Shown here piece by piece: positions 58,490 through 64,000 of a stretch of DNA of 64,000 nt (the stretch's first letter is position 1; every line of letters starts with the position of its first letter). Origin of the DNA: the human T2T-CHM13v2.0 reference genome, Homo sapiens; the NCBI RefSeq assembly GCF_009914755.1, contig NC_060942.1. One strand, 5' to 3'. The position numbers and the translations under genes are program-made. Below the pieces are notes generated by a model, which was not told the origin of the DNA, ran no database searches, and saw only the letters and a list, made by a program, of their open reading frames with translations.

Positions 58490-58970
58490 GGTCTGTCTTC
58501 GAGACACAATCTCCCCACATAGAGAGGGCTCTCCAGACAGTAGAGGCTGGAAAGCAAAAGGCTTCATTCTCCAGGCACTTCTGAGGCTGGGGTTCTGCAT
58601 TCAGCCCAGCTTTCTCCAAGAAGGGCCACCCAGCTGGGACTTGGAAAGTGGAGTGAGCATTGGGTACGGCAAGTACGTGGGCATGCAGGCAAAGTAGTGG
58701 CCCTTGGCTTCTCCGGGGTCATTGTGGGCAGAGTCTCACGACTGGTCTCTAGCTGCATGGCAGGATGCCGAGTGTTGGGCAGGGCAGCAGCCACGTTGCC
58801 TCTCAGTCCTGGGGAGCAGTTGGGAGTTTACCCTGGCTGGGTGTCATCCAAGCTTAGGTCCCTGGCTCACCCTGGAATTGGGCAGCTATCTAATATTCAG
58901 AAATAAACGCTTTTTTCCCCAAATTAGCTCAAGTAGATTACATGTTTACTGCAAATAACATCACCTAAAA
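58490..58970 (+). mobile_element. LTR33-like ERVL LTR relic
   Basis: agaggctggaaagcaaaa...gggacttggaaagtgga...aataaacgcttttttcc..aaattagc..aagtagatt. Confidence 0.5.
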
Positions 58971-59953
58971 TGCACTTACGGGAGATGGCTGGTGGTAGAT
59001 GGTGGGAATTCACCCAGCATGGGTAGAAAGCTGGTGTCTCTTGTTATGCAGTGGAAAAAGGTTAGGTCAAACTCTTGCCTCCTGTATGTAGGAAGGAAGG
59101 CCACAGCCAGACATGAGGCCGGTGCAGTCACAACATGGAACTGTCTTCGGGCTCCTGTTCTTTGGGGAGGGTGTGTGGTGCTCTCTGCAGGGGAAGGCGG
59201 CTGTGCGTGGATGTTGGATAGGGAAAGGGAGACATCATTAAGTAACATCCTCCTTCACCTGCATTTCCCCACGGCCCTTCCGGTGCACCAGGACCCAGGA
59301 AATAGAGCCGAAGCAAAGTCACAGTCTTCCTGGGCTTGCGAGTCAGAGGGTGCAGGTTGGGGTAGCCAGTGTGGCTGGAAGAAGAGGGACAATATACTAG
59401 AGAGGAAGGAGCCCCAAATTTGCCAGTAATTCCTCTTAAGTCACTGGCTAAGCTGAGCCTGTGCAGAGCAAGACTCCAACCTAGAATTTTGAAAACATCT
59501 TCAAAAATGAAGATAAAAGAAAGGCATTTATAGATAGACAAAAGCTGAATTTGTCATCAGCATGGTGACCACCCTGTCCTGGGTACCCGTTATATCTACC
59601 AATGAGGAATAATCACATCATCATTTTTGGCAGCCACTACACACAACTGGAACTCCTAAATACTGTCCTGAGTGAAGCCACCGAGTGGGACTCGTTTTCC
59701 TAAACCCAAACCACCAGATGCAAGGGCTGAGCTCCACGATGGTTCCTGCCACATCTCATCCCTGGGACTCAGCCCATTCCTCTCTCTGGATCCTCTCTAT
59801 CATGTGCTGTATTGAGTAGCCCCGTCACCTCATCATTCACAGATGTGGAGAACATTCTTTCTATATCTTCCTCCACACGCTGATAAAACTGTTGTACAGG
59901 GCTGGGCTGAGAAGCAGAGACCAGAACCATCCCTCTAGAAACCATCCTCAGAT

Positions 59954-60355
59954 CAGTTCTCAAAGTCTCTGGGATTGGCACAACTTTGCATTCTTAAAAA
60001 CTACTGAGGACTCCTAAAAACTTTTGTTTATGTGGGTTATATCTGTCCATATTTATTAAAAAATTAAACAGAAATTTAAAAATAGTAACTCACTAAAGAG
60101 TAACAATACTAAACCCATGACATGCTAACATAAATAACTTTTATGAAGAATACTATGTTTCAAAAGAAAAGAAGATTTGTGAAAAGAGTGGCATCGTTTT
60201 GCATTTTTGCAAATCTCTAGTGTCTGCCTTAATAGAAGACAGCTGGATTCTCATATCAGTTTCCACATTCAATCTGTTGCAATATCACACACATGCAGCT
60301 TCTGGAAAACTCCACCGAACATTCATGAAGGAATGAAAGAGAAAAGGCAAATAAC

Positions 60356-60411
<56 letters not shown>

Positions 60412-60457
60412 AGCACCTTAGGGATCCCCAGGTCTCCTGATCCCACTTTGAGAACTG
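59954..60457 (-). mobile_element. MER119-like hAT-Charlie element with intact TIRs
   Basis: cagttctcaaagt (59954-59966) and actttgagaactg (60445-60457) are a perfect inverted pair; internal ttaatagaagacagctggattctcatat, gcatttttgcaaatctct. Confidence 0.8.
60356..60409. repeat. (ATG)18 trinucleotide microsatellite
   Basis: 18 perfect units inside the MER119-like element. Confidence 0.97.
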
Positions 60458-61919
60458 TTGCTTAGGTCACCACCTCTCCATTGGCGGGTGCCCTAACCCT
60501 CTAGTAACCCTGCCCAAAGAAGCAAATGGCCTGTTTTCGATGACTCTAACCTTGTTCCACCACACCTTGGTATAGGAAGATGTAGAAACTGAGCCCCCAA
60601 GAGACTGTGTCAGCCTGAGCTTTCACAGTTGGCACATGGAACTGAAACTCAGGCTCTGGAGTCATGGAAGATGATCACGGATGGGTGCCCACCCCCAAGC
60701 CTCCGTGATGGTTTGGCTGAATTACGTCCCTGGCTCACACGCTAATCTGTCTCATCTCCCCAAGTGCAGTGAAGGACCCTGGAGGCCAGGGAGGAGGTCT
60801 CTTCTCTGACAAGCTCTTCCTGGGCCCCCTTCAGGGACAGTGGACCCACTCTATCAGCTGCAATAGCAACATTTTCAAGGAAGCAATCCATGTCCCCATC
60901 CACATAGTGGGAGCTGGGTGCAAGGGGCTTCTCGATGTTCCAAAAAAAATAAGGATTTTGAGGACAGTGGTGGGGTGTGGGAGAATGATGAGATCTGAGG
61001 TGCGGTGTGACTTCTCAGCCTCTTTCTCTGTCTTTCCTCTATCACGGGTGGGGCCGGGGCCCAGATGAGTACAGGCATGTGAGAAGATGGAAACGTGAAC
61101 TGTAATGTCATGAGGATGTCACCCCCTTACACAGTGTCTCATGTAAACGTCCCGTTTCACAAGGAAGACGGTGACGTCAGGAAGTGTGGGGGACTTGCCA
61201 AGGCCACGCGGCCAGTGAATGCCAGAGTAGGGTGAAGAGTGGAGTTGCTTCCCCAAAGCCCAGGGTGGCCACGAGGGCTTTACATTTAAGTGTCTCTCCA
61301 TGGCCTTGGCTCAGAGCTGGGGGCCCAAAGCCCAGACAGCAGCTGCCACACGTGTAGAGAAATTCCGTCTTGGGTTGGAGGCCCCTCCTCTGCCTCAGGA
61401 AGTGGTAAGAACACAGACCAGGAATCCCCATGCTTAGGGGGAGGGGGCCCTTCTCATGGCAGGCAGTGTTCCTGGCTGGGTGCGGAGGGTCGCCCTGCTC
61501 ATGCTCAGGTGTGAGGCCCGACAGCACTGAGCGGGGGAAAGGGGCTGGGGGTAGAGACTGGGCTCATCAGGGCTTACTGACACCTACTGTGGGGTGTCAG
61601 TAAGTGTCTGTGGGGAGGGGCGATTTTGGCATTCATTTCAATGAACAGCCATTTCACTGGGCTCCATGCATCAGTCGGTAGAAATTCATTTAACAGTAAT
61701 CGAATATCCAAGAGGAAAGCTTGAGAACTTAAGAAAAACAACCAACTCAACCTCCCAGAAGCCAGATCTTCTCTGTTTCATTCATTGTTTTAGGACTAGT
61801 TACAATACTGTTCCTCTAGCAAGACCCATCTAGAATTTAGTGGGTGAGGAAACATTTAAGAGAAATGACTAACTTATTCTGTGGTAAATTTCTATCAGTC
61901 TTGTTTAAAATGCAAATTA

Positions 61920-63870
61920 GCTTTAGATTAGCTTTAACAGTTTTAATTGTAAAATCTAATAAACATACAGAAAATACATAAGATGAAAATGAACAGTTCA
62001 CTGATTTATTGCCAATGAAACACTTACATGACCACTGGCCATGAGGAAATAGAACGCTGCCAGCTTCCCGAGTCCCTCCTATGCCTCTCCCAATCACGGT
62101 CGCTTCTGTTTTCCCAAAAGTAACCCGTATCCTGGCTTTCACATTAGGCATGTACTTGTCCTTCTTCAAAGTTTTACTACTTAAGTGTACATCCCCAAAC
62201 TATAGGTTTATTTTGGCCTTGTTTTCTGTATGTAAATGAGCTCATACAGTATGTATTCTTTTGTATCAGTCTTCTTTTAGATGCTATAATATTTGAGTTT
62301 CATCTGTGTAACTGAATGCAGCTGGTTATTTATTTTTCACTGCTGTATAGTATTACATTGCATAGATATATTGCTATTTATTTACACGTTCTACTGTTGA
62401 TATTCCTGGTGTTTCCAGTTTTTAGGTATTATGAATAATTGCACTATCAACAGTCTTGAACCTGTTGCTAGGTCTTAGGGGATGAGTATCTTCAACTTTG
62501 GTAGATATTACTAAACAGTTTTTCAAAGTGCTATCAATTTATAGTCCTACATGGACTACATGTAGGGTATCAGATTTCCTGTTCTTCCACATCCTCACAA
62601 ACACTTGATGTTGTTGACCTTTTTAACTTAGCCATTCTGGTGAGTGAGTAGGGGGTATCTCATTGTGGGTTCAATTTGAATTTTTCCTTGATTTCAGCAC
62701 TTTTCTATGTTATTGGTGAACTGAAAACATTTTTGAGAAATGCCTGTCTTTTGCCAATTTTATTTTTCCTCATTGAATCCTTTATATAGTCTTTATTTGA
62801 CTCCTTTGTGGTTCTATACATTACAAAGATCTGCTTTCACTCTGTAGCTTACCTTCTCACTCTCTTATTGATGTCTCTTGTTAAACAGAAGTTCCTAATT
62901 TGACCGTAATCTGATTTATCTGACCTTTTCTTTATGGCTGGTATTTTTTGTTTTCTATCTAAAGGACATGAAGATAGTCTCCTATGCTTTCTTCTAGAAT
63001 ATTATGGTTTAACATTTCACATTTAGCTCTATAGTCCCCTGGGAACTGATTTTGCAGACAGAGTGAAGTAGGGGTCAAGATTCATTTTCCCTTCACTGTG
63101 CCAACGCCATTTATTGGGGAAAAAAATCATTTCCCCATTACCCAGCAGTGTCCCTTTTGTCAAATCAATTGTCCTTATATATGTGGACCTTTAAGTTCTA
63201 TTTCATCAATATGTTTTGTCTACCCTTATAACAATACTAAACTTAGAGTAAATTTGTAAGTCTTTGTTTTCGTTTTGAGATAGGATTTCGCTCTGTCACC
63301 TAGGTTGGAGTCCAGTGGTGCAGTCTCAGCTCACTGAAACCTCTGCCTCTGGGCTCAAGCAATCCTTCTGCCTCAGCCTCTCCAGCTGCTGGGACTACAG
63401 GTGTGCACCACCACACTTGGCTAATTTTTAAAATTTTCTGTAGAGACAGAGTTTCACCATGTTGCCCAGGCTGGTCTCAAGCAATCCTCCCACCTCAGCC
63501 TCTCAAGTGCTGGGATTATAGGTGTGAGCCACTGCACCTGGCCTATAGGTTTTAATTAGAGTACATCTGTAAGTTGTAGACATCTAGCAATGTAAGTATG
63601 GGCTTTATTCTTTTTCAAGGTTTTCTGTGCAATTCTAGGCGTTTTGCATTTCCATGTAGATTTTAGGCAAAACCAATTTGTCAAGTTTTCCCATTCCCCC
63701 AAAATACTGGGATTTGGATTGAGATTGCATTGAATCCGTAGATCAATTCTGAGATATCGAGCCTTCCAACTTATGAATCTAATGACCCTGGAGTGGTCCC
63801 TTATTTAGGGAACCCTTATTTAGATCTTTAGTTTCAATCACACTTTATTTTAGATTGATCTCTGAGTATT
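61920..63870 (-). mobile_element. Long old L1M (L1MC/MD/ME-like) 3' segment split by an AluJ at 63266-63543
   Basis: AT-rich; ttttaattgtaaaat...atacagtatgtattctttt...tatctcattgtgg...agaagttcctaattt...gattgcattgaatccgtagatcaatt. Confidence 0.85.
63266..63543 (-). mobile_element. AluJ-like
   Basis: Antisense Alu with a small deletion. Confidence 0.9.
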
Positions 63871-63879
63871 TGTTTTATT

Positions 63880-64000
63880 ATTTATTTTTTTATTATACTT
63901 TAAGTTCTAGGGTACATGTGCACAACGTGCAGATTTGTTACATATGTATACATGTGACATGTTGGTGTGCTGCACCCGTTAACTCATCATTTACATTAGG
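63880..64000 (-). mobile_element. Primate L1PA 3' end (runs off the window)
   Basis: tattatactttaagttctagggtacatgtgcacaacgtgcag...gctgcacccgttaactcatcatttacattagg. Confidence 0.92.

Overview
This is primate, almost certainly human, genomic DNA: it carries a human-lineage AluYb8-type insertion. The window is GC-rich, repeat-dense and essentially non-coding. The main functional landmark is a CpG island at ~4.2-5.9 kb with promoter-type motifs (GC boxes, tandem ETS, AP-1/ARE, E-box) and candidate first-exon splice donors on both strands. I could not identify its gene. The rest is ~35 Alus, L1/L2/MIR relics, hAT DNA-transposon fossils (MER3, MER5, MER119), MaLR/ERVL LTRs, microsatellites and low-complexity tracts. 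None of the supplied ORFs can be supported as a real protein; the long ones come from Alu, GC-rich or (TG/CA)n sequence. I found no evidence of a new multi-gene system. The best second-look items are: (1) a 5'-truncated AluYb8-like insertion with perfect TSDs; (2) a near-perfect 7x46-bp VNTR grown from an ancient L1; (3) a ~160-bp locally copied insert splitting an old L1 3'UTR; (4) a three-arm Alu inside one TSD pair; (5) AG|GT recursive-splice-like sites; (6) a MIR carrying a CRE-ETS composite site. Repeat family names come from recalled consensus sequences, and boundaries are approximate (about +/-10-30 bp).
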